Source: an uncultured Gammaproteobacteria bacterium (GTDB lineage Bacteria; Patescibacteriota; Microgenomatia; JALYQM01). From it: a DNA stretch of 64,000 nucleotides. The stretch spans positions 1,532-65,531 of the forward strand of contig CAZHTP010000006.1 in assembly GCA_964535655.1 (NCBI GenBank). Direction: 5' to 3'. Within the stretch, counting starts at the first letter, position 1; each line of letters opens with the position of its first letter. Under the pieces are notes generated by a model. The model was not told the DNA's origin. It did no database searches and saw only the letters and a program-made list of their open reading frames with translations. Positions 1 through 9,449 of the stretch are shown here, piece after piece. The position numbers were made by a program, and so were the translations under genes.

Positions 1-860
1 CTTTAGGCATGCGCTTTGACGACCGCGTCACGGGCCGCTTAAAAGACTATGCACCCCACGCCAAAGTTATCCATGTTGAGGTAAATAACGAAGAAATAAA
101 TAAAAATGTTACGGCACATCTTTCCTTTAACGTAGACGTAAAAGAATGGTTAAAAAAAATTAACAGCAAACTTTCCGAAAAAAAACCAAATCGAAACTCT
201 TGGATATCTCAACTAAATACTTGGCAACAACAAGAAAATAAAGAAGTAACAACCAAAGAACAAAATAACCCCAATTTAAATGCCTATCATATTATTAAAG
301 CTATTTCCGACTACACACAAGGCAACACCATAATCGTTGCCGACGTCGGACAACATCAAATGTTTGCCGCCAGATATTTCCAAGCAGCAACACCAAATTC
401 ATTTATTACTTCAGGTGGTGCCGGAACCATGGGCTTCGCGCTGCCTGCAGCCATTGGTGCAAAAAAGGCAAACCCCGAACGCGACGTTTGGGTAATCGTT
501 GGCGATGGCTGTTTTCAAATGACCCTCCAGGAAATGCAAGTTTTGAGTCAGGAAAAATTAAATATAAAAATTGCCTTACTCAATAACAATTATTTAGGCA
601 TGGTTCGCCAATGGCAGGACATGTTTTTCCAACATAATTACTCCCAAGTTAATTTACATAATCCAAATTTTGTCGCTCTCGCCCAAGCCTTTGGTAGCCA
701 GTCCGAAAAAGTAACAGATAAATCACAAATCAACGATGCCCTAAGCCGTGCAACAAAATATCAAGGATCATATTTAATAGAATTCCAAACCGAAAAAGAA
801 GAAGCAGTATTCCCAATGATGTCACCTGGTGCCGCTACCTATGAAATGAGGTTGAAATGA
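1..860 (+). CDS. ilvB: Acetolactate synthase large subunit, 5'-truncated by window edge
   Basis: RFDDRVTG, DVGQHQM, SGGAGTMGF, and TPP-binding GDGCFQM...NNNYLGMVRQWQ. Confidence 0.95.
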   Translation, partial: LGMRFDDRVTGRLKDYAPHAKVIHVEVNNEEINKNVTAHLSFNVDVKEWLKKINSKLSEKKPNRNSWISQLNTWQQQENKEVTTKEQNNPNLNAYHIIKAISDYTQGNTIIVADVGQHQMFAARYFQAATPNSFITSGGAGTMGFALPAAIGAKKANPERDVWVIVGDGCFQMTLQEMQVLSQEKLNIKIALLNNNYLGMVRQWQDMFFQHNYSQVNLHNPNFVALAQAFGSQSEKVTDKSQINDALSRATKYQGSYLIEFQTEKEEAVFPMMSPGAATYEMRLK

Positions 861-874
861 ATTTAAGAGTTGAA

Positions 875-999
875 GCTTTCGAAGCTGAAGTACTAAAGCC
901 GACCTTCTTTGCCTGACCTTTGAGTTGGCAAAGTAGAGCTTTAAATTCCGAGCAAAGTCGAGGAATTAAGCGTGTCGGCGTAGTACTTAGCGAGAAAGT
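875..999 (+). repeat. Structured intergenic element (three-way junction), copy 1
   Basis: Outer stems aagtacta/tagtactt and gccgac/gtcggc enclose two hairpins; core GACCTTCTTTGCC..GGCAAAGTAGNGCTT..TTAAGCGTGTC is shared with 19166-19242. Confidence 0.8.
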
Positions 1000-1022
1000 A
1001 AATTAATAAAAAGGAGACCAAT

Positions 1023-1256
1023 ATGACCTATACATTAGACATTATTTTAAACGAACAAGAAAGCACTTTAACCAAAATCATTACCACCATTCGCAAATTA
1101 CAAGGCAACGTCCAACTCTTCCACATGGAGAAAGAGCCAAACACAGCAAATGCCTTTATTCAAGCGGAAATAGCTAATGTTAGTTCAATTAACCTACTCG
1201 AAAAATCATTAAAGAAAATACAAGGAGTACAAGAAGTATGCAATACTACACTATAA
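1023..1256 (+). CDS. Single ACT-domain protein, probable AHAS regulatory subunit (IlvN/IlvM-like)
   Basis: 77 aa ACT pattern ending LKKIQGVQEV; AAGGAG RBS; follows ilvB. Confidence 0.7.
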   Translation: MTYTLDIILNEQESTLTKIITTIRKLQGNVQLFHMEKEPNTANAFIQAEIANVSSINLLEKSLKKIQGVQEVCNTTL

Positions 1257-3061
1257 AATGTTTTAATTGTCACAAAGCCACCTCTCAAAATACGATTGAA
1301 ACCAATTGTCCCGACTGCAATGGACCACTTACAATCAAATACGACGAGGATGCGCTTAAACAAAAAGTTAACCTGCACCTTCTTCGCTCAGCACCAATCC
1401 AATCATATAAATACTTAGACTTCTTCCCTTTAGATAATAAAAACAACCTCGTCTCACTCAACGAAGGCAATACACCCCTCTACTCAGTCAAAAAAGTTTT
1501 CCCAGAATTTCCCAACGTCTATATAAAATACGAAGGAGCAAACCCAACTGGAGCATTCAAAGATCGCGGCAGTTTTGTCGAACTTAATAAAGCCAAAGAA
1601 ATGGGGGCAAAAGCTGTAGTTGTAGCATCAACTGGCAATATGGCCGCATCAGTATCTGCTTATGCATCTCAAATCGGTGTACCTTGTTACGTTTTTATCC
1701 CCGAAGGAACCCCTCAAGGCAAATTAGCCCAAGCCATCGCCTTCGGCGCTAAAGTAATTCAAGTTCGAGGCACATATAATGATGCTCAACGTCTCGCCGA
1801 AGAATCAGCCAAAAAATTTGGCTTCTTCCTATGTGGTGACTATGCTTTCCGGGCAGAAGGCCAAAAAAGTATCGCCTACGAAATTGTTGAACAACTCAAT
1901 TGGCAAGCGCCAGACTATGTGTTTGTTCCGGTTGGCATGGGTACTAATTTAGCTGGGGTTTTTCGGGGCTTTGAAGAATTTTATAATCTCAAACTTATCT
2001 CAAAAATTCCTCAATTCATCGCAGTACAAGCCAACGGTGCATCCCCAGCGGTAACGTCATACAATACCCAATCAAAGGAACTACAAAAAGTTACTAAGCC
2101 ACAAACCGTTTGCTCTGCAATAGCGGTAGGCAATCCACTGGACTATCCAAAGGTCGCCGACGCGCTCAATAAATCGAAAGGATATGCCGTGACAGTATCT
2201 GATGAAGCAACGTTAAAACAAGAAAAAGATCTCGCCGATAAAGAAAGCCTCTTTATTGAACCATCCTCAGCAACAACAGTTGCAGCACTTAATCAAATGA
2301 TCGAAGAAGGAAGAATTCGCCCATCAGATACTATCGCATTAATAGCAACAGGTAATGGCTTGAAAGATCCTCAAACACTCTTAAAAGTTTCAATCCAACC
2401 GCCAACCATTGAACCAATGCTTGAAGAAGTACAAAAAATTCTCGACACCAATACCTTCGCCGTTCGCACTCTCGGTATTCAAGATAAAGAAACCGTACTC
2501 TTTGACACAGCTCCAAGCGATACATCACTCAACGAAATTCTAAAAGATATCAACATCAATCTGTCCAAGGATAACAAAAAAGAGCTCCACAAGCATATCG
2601 TCAGCTTTTTACAAAAAGGCAAAAAAATAACAAAAGCCGATCTTATGTACATGCTTGAAAGCACGCTAAAAAATTCCGAAAAGTACAAACAGATCTTAAA
2701 AGTTAACGATTTTTCAGTTCAGACGACTAAACAGCAGCCGCCTCAGTCAACAGTAGATATTGAATTCCTCGGTAAAAAATTAACCGCTCAAAGTGAAGGC
2801 GTCGGCCCAGTTGATGCTATCATTAACGCGTTAACTCAAATCGTTAACGGCAAAGGCGACTTTCACTGGAAACTTATCGATTACAAAGTCGAAATTAATA
2901 ATGCGGGGACCAACGCGGTAGTTGAAGTTACCATGGTACTTGAAGATCAAGACAAAAATAAAGTCGTTGAAGTAGCCTCCTCACCAGACATTATCGTTGC
3001 CAGTGTCGAAGCTTTTGAAAAGGGATATAATGCATTATATTGGAAGAATCATAAATCATAA
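1238..3061 (+). CDS. thrC: Threonine synthase fused to a C-terminal LeuA/CimA-type allosteric domain
   Basis: N-terminal CxxC..CPxC, NPTGAFKDRG PLP lysine, ASTGNMAAS, VPVGMGTN; C-terminal GVGPVDA...DIIVASVEAF. Confidence 0.85.
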   Translation: MQYYTIKCFNCHKATSQNTIETNCPDCNGPLTIKYDEDALKQKVNLHLLRSAPIQSYKYLDFFPLDNKNNLVSLNEGNTPLYSVKKVFPEFPNVYIKYEGANPTGAFKDRGSFVELNKAKEMGAKAVVVASTGNMAASVSAYASQIGVPCYVFIPEGTPQGKLAQAIAFGAKVIQVRGTYNDAQRLAEESAKKFGFFLCGDYAFRAEGQKSIAYEIVEQLNWQAPDYVFVPVGMGTNLAGVFRGFEEFYNLKLISKIPQFIAVQANGASPAVTSYNTQSKELQKVTKPQTVCSAIAVGNPLDYPKVADALNKSKGYAVTVSDEATLKQEKDLADKESLFIEPSSATTVAALNQMIEEGRIRPSDTIALIATGNGLKDPQTLLKVSIQPPTIEPMLEEVQKILDTNTFAVRTLGIQDKETVLFDTAPSDTSLNEILKDININLSKDNKKELHKHIVSFLQKGKKITKADLMYMLESTLKNSEKYKQILKVNDFSVQTTKQQPPQSTVDIEFLGKKLTAQSEGVGPVDAIINALTQIVNGKGDFHWKLIDYKVEINNAGTNAVVEVTMVLEDQDKNKVVEVASSPDIIVASVEAFEKGYNALYWKNHKS

Positions 3062-3071
3062 GGAGTGAAAA

Positions 3072-3728
3072 ATGAGCATCTCAAGAAAAATAATATTTCT
3101 AGGTATAACGTCTATTTTACTCACTGCCTGCACGACAGTTGTTCAAAATAACACCTCCACCCCAACTAACACAACATCTGCTCCTCAAAGCACCTCAGCG
3201 CCAGCAGAAACCTCCAAGGGATCACCAAGTTCGTCGCCAAAAGCCTCAGATAGTACAGCAAGTTGGAAACTCTATTCAAATCAAAAAGAAGGGTATCAAA
3301 TAAAATATCCGCCTACTTGGTACGCCATGAATGGGTTTGAATCCACAATTGGAACTTCCGAGAATTATCTATCGAATGAGAATGTAAAATACACAGAGCT
3401 TTCCAAAAACGGTGTATATTTATTTATTAAAAGAGATAATGCTACCCAAGCGCCCGAAAACAATCCGGTAAAAAACTTTAATGCTTTGTATACTTCTCAA
3501 ACTCATACTAATATCCAAATAGCCAATACACAAGCAATCAAAATTATTTTCGAAAACGAATTTGATGCCGGTTCAAAAGGCGATACCAATAAACGAATCA
3601 TTCGCTATGCTCTTATGCACAACAACAAAATTTATGTGTTAGAATTCAGAAGTAAATTCAATGTAGCAATAACCCAAAACGAGTCCATATTTGATTCTAT
3701 AGCACAAACATTTAAATTTACAAACTAA
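3072..3728 (+). CDS. Lipoprotein with Thr/Ser/Pro linker and PsbP-like domain
   Basis: Lipobox LTAC; WKLYSN..GYQIKYP..W and FDSIAQTFKF motifs. Confidence 0.7.
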   Translation: MSISRKIIFLGITSILLTACTTVVQNNTSTPTNTTSAPQSTSAPAETSKGSPSSSPKASDSTASWKLYSNQKEGYQIKYPPTWYAMNGFESTIGTSENYLSNENVKYTELSKNGVYLFIKRDNATQAPENNPVKNFNALYTSQTHTNIQIANTQAIKIIFENEFDAGSKGDTNKRIIRYALMHNNKIYVLEFRSKFNVAITQNESIFDSIAQTFKFTN

Positions 3729-3730
3729 AT

Positions 3731-4117
3731 ATGAAACAATCAATCTTCTCCCCTGCGGCACCCAAAGCAATAGGGCCGTATTCTCAAGCCATTCAAGTCG
3801 GAACAGCACTGTACATCTCGGGGCAAATACCGCTCAACCCTGAAACCAACCAGCTTGTTGAAGGAGATATCAAAACACAGACTAAACAAATACTAAAAAA
3901 TGTTAAAGAAATAATTAAAGCCGCCGATCCTTCCGCGTCAATACAAAATATTGTTAAAACAACCATATTTTTAATTAATTTAGAAGATTTTAACGCCATT
4001 AACGAAGTCTATACCGAAACATTTGAGAACCCACTCCCCGCTCGCACCACTATTCAAGTTTCAGCGCTGCCCAAAGGAGCACTAATTGAAATTGAAGCAA
4101 TCGCTTCAATTAATTAA
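3731..4117 (+). CDS. ridA: RidA/YjgF family enamine-imine deaminase
   Basis: APKAIGPYSQA, SGQIP, PARTT..LP..ALIEIEAIA. Confidence 0.93.
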   Translation: MKQSIFSPAAPKAIGPYSQAIQVGTALYISGQIPLNPETNQLVEGDIKTQTKQILKNVKEIIKAADPSASIQNIVKTTIFLINLEDFNAINEVYTETFENPLPARTTIQVSALPKGALIEIEAIASIN

Positions 4118-4144
4118 ACGGCGCATCAAACGTTTTAATCACAC

Positions 4145-4196
4145 TTGACGTCTTCAAGCATTGCTTGATACACTAGACCCAAATAAAACCCAAATA
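4145..4196 (+). promoter_or_regulatory. Sigma70 promoter with a palindrome and a direct repeat, upstream of the dinB cassette
   Basis: TTGACG-N18-TACACT with extended TG; TCAAGCA-T-TGCTTGA at 4154-4168; ACCCAAATA at 4177 and 4188. Confidence 0.6.
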
Positions 4197-4227
4197 TATT
4201 ATTTTTCCAAAAGGAGCTGTACCGTGT

Positions 4228-4482
4228 ATGCAGATAAATGAAAAAGTGTCAGTTCTTACTATCTTCGATGCTCCTCAGAACAAGGTACTTCCCTACTTAC
4301 TAAAATGGCGCAATCGCAAATACACCATTACAAAAATTGGTTTCCGCCACAAATTAAACATCGGCACCACCCTCCACCATATTTTCTCAGTCACCGACGG
4401 CAATACCTTCTTCAGGCTCAATTTCGACACCAGCAACCTCCATTGGACCCTCGAAGAAATGAGCGATGGAATAGAGACATAA
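4228..4482 (+). CDS. Small beta-rich protein, probable accessory of the Y-family polymerase
   Basis: AAGGAG RBS; WRNRKY..FSV..FRL..WTL pattern; upstream of dinB. Confidence 0.7.
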   Translation: MQINEKVSVLTIFDAPQNKVLPYLLKWRNRKYTITKIGFRHKLNIGTTLHHIFSVTDGNTFFRLNFDTSNLHWTLEEMSDGIET

Positions 4483-4652
4483 CATTTATAAAAATGTGCG
4501 TATTGAGAGTTTCGTAGCGGAAGAAATTTGCATCCGTCCTGGGAAAAAATTATTCGAAAAAAGAGATCGAGAGCAGAAAAACTCTAAAGAAGAAAAACTT
4601 AAACTTCAAATTTCTAAGCAGCGAACTCTCAATAAAGCAATAGGAAATTTTT

Positions 4653-5888
4653 ATGCACCTACCATTCAACACCACCAACCCTAAAATCCTCCACATCGAC
4701 ATGAACTCCTGCTTTGCAACAATCGAACAGCAAGCCAACCCTCTACTCAGAAACAAACCAATCGCCGTGGCTGCATACACCACCCCAAACGCCTGCATTC
4801 TCGCACCATCCTACGAAGCAAAACGCTACGGCGTAAAAGTTGGCATGCCAGTCTGGCAAGGAAAATTATTATGCAAAGATCTTGTAGTTATGCCTCCCGA
4901 TCCGCCTAAATATCGCGTCGCCCACGTACAATTCGTTCAGATTCTTCAAAAATATGCTCCGACTGTAGTTCCTAAATCAATTGACGAAGCAGTGCTGGAT
5001 TTTCGAGATACTCAATACACTGATCTTGAAAGTATTGGCTACAGTATTAAAAAAGAAATTCGTCAAACTATTGGTGAATGGGTTTCCTGTAATATTGGTA
5101 TCGGTCCCAATAGATTTCTAGCAAAAACAGCGGCCAGTCTTAATAAACCTGACGGATTAGATATCATCACCCATAAAAATGTTGAAAACGTCTACCTATT
5201 TCTCACCCTTACCGATCTCTGTGGAATCAACACCCGTTTCGAACGCCGCTTACACAATGCCGGAATTTTTACTGTTCCTCAATTCTACGAAAGCTCACTA
5301 CAAAAATTACACAAAGAAGTATTTAAAAGTATTGCCGGATACCACTGGTATCATCGTCTTAGAGGATACGAAGCCGATGCGGTGGAATTTAAAAGAAAAA
5401 GTATTGGTCATGAATACTCATTGCATAAAAAAACCGCTAACCAATATGAACTCTCAAAAATTTTAATGAAAATGTGCGAAAAAGTTGGCCGGCGATTACG
5501 TAAAAATGACTATATCGCCCGGGGCATTTATCTCCGTCTCGGATACACCGACCACGATGGCTTTCATCAAAGTCGTACCTTCCCAAGCAGTATGTATTCC
5601 AGTTTAGATATTTACAAGCACGCTCTAAGAATATTACATGAACAACCCACACTTAAAGAAGTCAGGCTACTCGCAGTTGGAGTATTTAACCTCGAATCCA
5701 ACTTTCCCCATCAAGTTGAACTTTACAATCCGTACAAGGAAACCCTCATCAAAGCTATGGATGCAATAAACGATCGTTACGGAGAATTTATCGTCACTAC
5801 CGCCCGCATGATGGATACCACAAAAGAAGCACCCGATCGTATTGCTTTCGGTAAGATGCACGATTTAAACTATGAAGAAAACAACTAG
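4653..5888 (+). CDS. dinB: Y-family DNA polymerase IV
   Basis: HIDMNSCFA, SYEAKRYGV, SIDEA, LAKTAASLNKPDG, little-finger KSIGHE. Confidence 0.93.
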   Translation: MHLPFNTTNPKILHIDMNSCFATIEQQANPLLRNKPIAVAAYTTPNACILAPSYEAKRYGVKVGMPVWQGKLLCKDLVVMPPDPPKYRVAHVQFVQILQKYAPTVVPKSIDEAVLDFRDTQYTDLESIGYSIKKEIRQTIGEWVSCNIGIGPNRFLAKTAASLNKPDGLDIITHKNVENVYLFLTLTDLCGINTRFERRLHNAGIFTVPQFYESSLQKLHKEVFKSIAGYHWYHRLRGYEADAVEFKRKSIGHEYSLHKKTANQYELSKILMKMCEKVGRRLRKNDYIARGIYLRLGYTDHDGFHQSRTFPSSMYSSLDIYKHALRILHEQPTLKEVRLLAVGVFNLESNFPHQVELYNPYKETLIKAMDAINDRYGEFIVTTARMMDTTKEAPDRIAFGKMHDLNYEENN

Positions 5889-6664
5889 CGATTACGCTCA
5901 CGACTCACAAATTGGAATGTTCCAATTACCAAAAAAATCAAGCCAGTTCCACAAATAACCAACAAATTAATCCATACTGGGAAAAGTACAATTTTATCGT
6001 AAGAAGGCGTACCCACATAATAAATACCTCGCAGCAAATCTACCGCATACCGCATTGGCGAGATTAATGACAAAATATTTAAAGGTGGGGGTAATACTTT
6101 GATCGGATTAAAAATTCCAGCCAGGAAGAACTGTGGGAAAATCACAAAGGGGAAAATCTCTCGTGCCGATCGCCCACTTCCCAAGTTAGAAATAACCAAA
6201 ATCCCAAATGCTCCACCAAAAAAGCAGCAAAGCAACATAAATGGAACAAGTTGAACTAGTTGAATAAATTCAAATGGAATTTGCATAACAAATCCAAACA
6301 GGATAATGCCAATCACCTGTAAGAAGGCCACAATCGACTCACCGAGTATTTTCCCAACAATAATTGAATAACGGGAAATTGGCGAAACAAAAATTTCCTG
6401 CGAAAAGTCCTGTTCGCGATCCTCAGTTAATGAAATTATCCCCGCCGCAGTAGACTGAAACAAAGTCTGCCCAATAACACCAATAAAGGTAAACAGCAAA
6501 AAATTATAACCCAGCTCTTTCCCAATATTCGCCTGCAAACTACCACCCAAAACGCCAATAAATATAATAGGAAAAATAAACGTCGCAATAATTCGCCCTC
6601 TATCACGCAGGAATTTCAATAAGTCTCGATACGCAATAGCAATAACTGCCTGAACTTCCTTCAT
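5885..6664 (-). CDS. ABC-2 type transporter permease
   Basis: About 6 TM segments, FLAGIFNP..PMRYAVD; coupled to the ATPase. Confidence 0.9.
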   Translation of the reverse strand: MKEVQAVIAIAYRDLLKFLRDRGRIIATFIFPIIFIGVLGGSLQANIGKELGYNFLLFTFIGVIGQTLFQSTAAGIISLTEDREQDFSQEIFVSPISRYSIIVGKILGESIVAFLQVIGIILFGFVMQIPFEFIQLVQLVPFMLLCCFFGGAFGILVISNLGSGRSAREIFPFVIFPQFFLAGIFNPIKVLPPPLNILSLISPMRYAVDLLRGIYYVGTPSYDKIVLFPVWINLLVICGTGLIFLVIGTFQFVSRERNR

Positions 6665-7596
6665 TATTTCTCCTCAACGATTTTCAAATACGCTTCTTCT
6701 AAACTAGGCGAATTTATCTGCAACACTGAAAGCGGAACACGAATTCCTTGAATCACGTGCTGCGATGAATGGCCATTCAAACGGATATGAAATGGACCTT
6801 CCTCTTCTAATTTTAACCCCATCGACTCAACTTCAATCCGCAATTTCAAACGATCTTCTGCGTCTACTATAATATATTCAGTGGTAAGGTCATGCTTTAT
6901 AGATTCTGGTGTACCCAATTTAACTATTTTACCCTTATTAATAATACAAACACGATCGCAATATTCTGCTTCATCTAAATAATGAGTAGTTAAAAAAATA
7001 GTAGTTTTTTCAGTCTTACGCACTTCAGTTAAATATTCCCACAAACTAGCGCGAGCCAAAGGATCAAGCCCAACCGTAGGTTCATCTAAAAATAAAACCT
7101 TCGGGTGATGCATTAAACTACGAATAATCTCTAGCTTGCGCTTCATTCCACCACTAAAAGTTCTAATTGGCTTAAAAATTTCTTTTTTAAGATCTAAAAC
7201 TTCAGCCAGTTCATACACCCGCTTCTGGTATTTTTGCGACATTCCCTTAAAAGTAGGCGCAAACGGCTCTATGCCGTAAAGCACAGCATGCATGCGGATA
7301 TTCTCTTCCGCAGTTAAATTTTGATCAAGGCTTGGATTTTGGAAAATAATTCCTACCCGTCTGCGGACTTCCGAAGCTTGTGTTTCAATATCGTAACCAG
7401 CAACTTTTACCTCACCAGACATCTTAGATAACGTTGTCGTTAAAATCGAAATAGTTGTAGTTTTTCCTGCGCCATTTGGTCCAAGTAAAGAAAAGAATTC
7501 TCCTTCCTCCACCTCAAAAGAAACGCCATCAACAGCATTTTGCTCAGCTTTTTTATATTGCTTAACCAAATTCGAAACAGTAATTATCGCACTCAT
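6664..7596 (-). CDS. ABC transporter ATP-binding protein (DrrA-like)
   Basis: GPNGAGKTT, FSGGMKR, LFLDEPT, TTHY. Confidence 0.95.
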   Translation of the reverse strand: MSAIITVSNLVKQYKKAEQNAVDGVSFEVEEGEFFSLLGPNGAGKTTTISILTTTLSKMSGEVKVAGYDIETQASEVRRRVGIIFQNPSLDQNLTAEENIRMHAVLYGIEPFAPTFKGMSQKYQKRVYELAEVLDLKKEIFKPIRTFSGGMKRKLEIIRSLMHHPKVLFLDEPTVGLDPLARASLWEYLTEVRKTEKTTIFLTTHYLDEAEYCDRVCIINKGKIVKLGTPESIKHDLTTEYIIVDAEDRLKLRIEVESMGLKLEEEGPFHIRLNGHSSQHVIQGIRVPLSVLQINSPSLEEAYLKIVEEK

Positions 7597-7685
7597 ATGC
7601 AAAGTATATCATGTTCACTCATATCTAATAAATTCGAATGAGAAGAGTTTGTTCTCACACAATTATCAATGTACAATATATACAA

Positions 7686-9449
7686 ATGTTCCATCTGTCC
7701 AAAATAAAAATTTTTCTTGCAATTCTCCTTTTGCCTTGCATAGTTCTCGCTGGCTACCAAATCTATTTTTTTAACCGGGCATATCCTAATATTCAAATCG
7801 GCAAAATCGACGTCGGGGGGAAAAGCCGCGAAGAAATTCAAGCTATAGTCGAACAAGAAAACCAGAATCGTCAAAACCAAACACTCTCTTTTTCAGTTAA
7901 CAAATCAAACTACATCTCAATTAAAATGAACAAAGGATTAATTTATTATGATCCTAAAAAAACCGCCGATGCGGTAATTAAATACGGCCGTACCGAATCA
8001 ATTTCAAAGCAGCTACAGCAACAAATTGCCGCATTCAAAGAGAAAAAGAAGGTTGCTCCAGTCTACAATTTCGATAGTTTCACATTCGACACCATCTTGG
8101 CCGATGCAGTACGCCCCTACGAAAAACCAGTTATAGAAACACAATTAATATATACAACATCCGGTCCAGCACTAACTCCTTCTAAACCAGGGATCGAAGC
8201 CAATCGAGACAAGGCCATGGAACAAGTAAAAAAATATTTTGCGCTAGAAGCAGAATCTGCAACCATAGATATGCAGCTTGAACCAACACAACCAAAAATG
8301 ACTCGCGAAAACAGTCAAGGAGTTTTAGAATTGGCCAAGCGAGCGGTATCCCGACCTGTAACACTGTACTCCTCACAAATCCCCGATAAAACCTGGACAC
8401 TCGATGCGCCACAGCTCTACGACTTTCTCGAGATAAAATATAATGAACAAAAACAGCGTCCTGAATTAACAGTCGCGGATTATAAAGTAGCTTCCTATTC
8501 TGCCCAATTCGCGCCCCTTGTTAAAAAAGAAGTCAAAGAAGCCAAATACGAAGCTGTTGGAAATAAAATGATAGTGCTACAAGAATCAGAGGATGGTCGC
8601 GAACTAGACTCCGAAAAATTAACAGCACAACTTTCTCAAGCATTGTTTAGTGTTTCCCAAAATAATCGAATCGACCTGCCCATAAAAGCAATCAAGCCCG
8701 CTCTTGCCTTCAATACAGTTAATCAATATGGAATTAAAGAAATTATCGCATCAGGAACATCGCATTTTAATGGGTCAACTCCCGCCCGCATACACAATAT
8801 CGAAATAGCAGCTCAAAAATTAAATGGAACACTTATTAAACCTGGTGCAGTATTCTCTATGTACCAAGTCGTCGGAAATATTGAAAAATCTACTGGCTTT
8901 GAAGATTCCTACATCATTAAAAATGGCCGAACAGTAACTGGAGTCGGGGGCGGAGTCTGTCAAGTTTCTACAACACTTTTCAGAGCGGCACTAAATGCCG
9001 GCTTTACCATCAATGAACGACACCCACATAGTTATCGAGTTAAGTATTATGAGCAAGATGCACCTGCTGGGTTCGATGCAGCGATCTTCTTCCCTGCTGC
9101 AGATTTAAAATTTACGAATAATACAGGAAATTATGCGTTAATCCAAACTAAAATGGATAAACAAACGCACAATCTTACGTTCAATATATATGGGGTGAAA
9201 GATGGAAGAACTGTTGAAATCAGTGGCATCAAAAACCAAAACCAGATACAGCCACCTAAAGAAGTTCGCATTCAAGACGTCTCGCTCCCTCGCGGAATCA
9301 TTAGACAAACTGAATATGCTGCAACTGGTTCAGATATTTCTTTCTCTCGCACCGTTACAAAAGATGGAAAGCAAATTTCCAAAGACATCTTCAAATCTCA
9401 TTATTACCCGTGGCAAGCAGTCTACTTAATTGGAACAAAAGAAAATTAA
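7686..9449 (+). CDS. VanW family protein with N-terminal anchor and PG-binding-type repeats
   Basis: GGGVCQVSTTLFRA, ERHPHSYRV.YY, DLKFTNNT. Confidence 0.9.
   Translation: MFHLSKIKIFLAILLLPCIVLAGYQIYFFNRAYPNIQIGKIDVGGKSREEIQAIVEQENQNRQNQTLSFSVNKSNYISIKMNKGLIYYDPKKTADAVIKYGRTESISKQLQQQIAAFKEKKKVAPVYNFDSFTFDTILADAVRPYEKPVIETQLIYTTSGPALTPSKPGIEANRDKAMEQVKKYFALEAESATIDMQLEPTQPKMTRENSQGVLELAKRAVSRPVTLYSSQIPDKTWTLDAPQLYDFLEIKYNEQKQRPELTVADYKVASYSAQFAPLVKKEVKEAKYEAVGNKMIVLQESEDGRELDSEKLTAQLSQALFSVSQNNRIDLPIKAIKPALAFNTVNQYGIKEIIASGTSHFNGSTPARIHNIEIAAQKLNGTLIKPGAVFSMYQVVGNIEKSTGFEDSYIIKNGRTVTGVGGGVCQVSTTLFRAALNAGFTINERHPHSYRVKYYEQDAPAGFDAAIFFPAADLKFTNNTGNYALIQTKMDKQTHNLTFNIYGVKDGRTVEISGIKNQNQIQPPKEVRIQDVSLPRGIIRQTEYAATGSDISFSRTVTKDGKQISKDIFKSHYYPWQAVYLIGTKEN

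Noticed and set aside
875-999. Self-cleaving ribozyme
   Set aside because: Hammerhead, twister and hairpin catalytic consensus not found on either strand by eye
861-1022. T-box or attenuator for the ilv genes
   Set aside because: No T-box motif or leader peptide seen, and the same core recurs at 19.2 kb beside unrelated genes
4496-4684. 62-aa ORF between the small gene and dinB
   Set aside because: GTG start without RBS, overlaps dinB, no motif; unresolved
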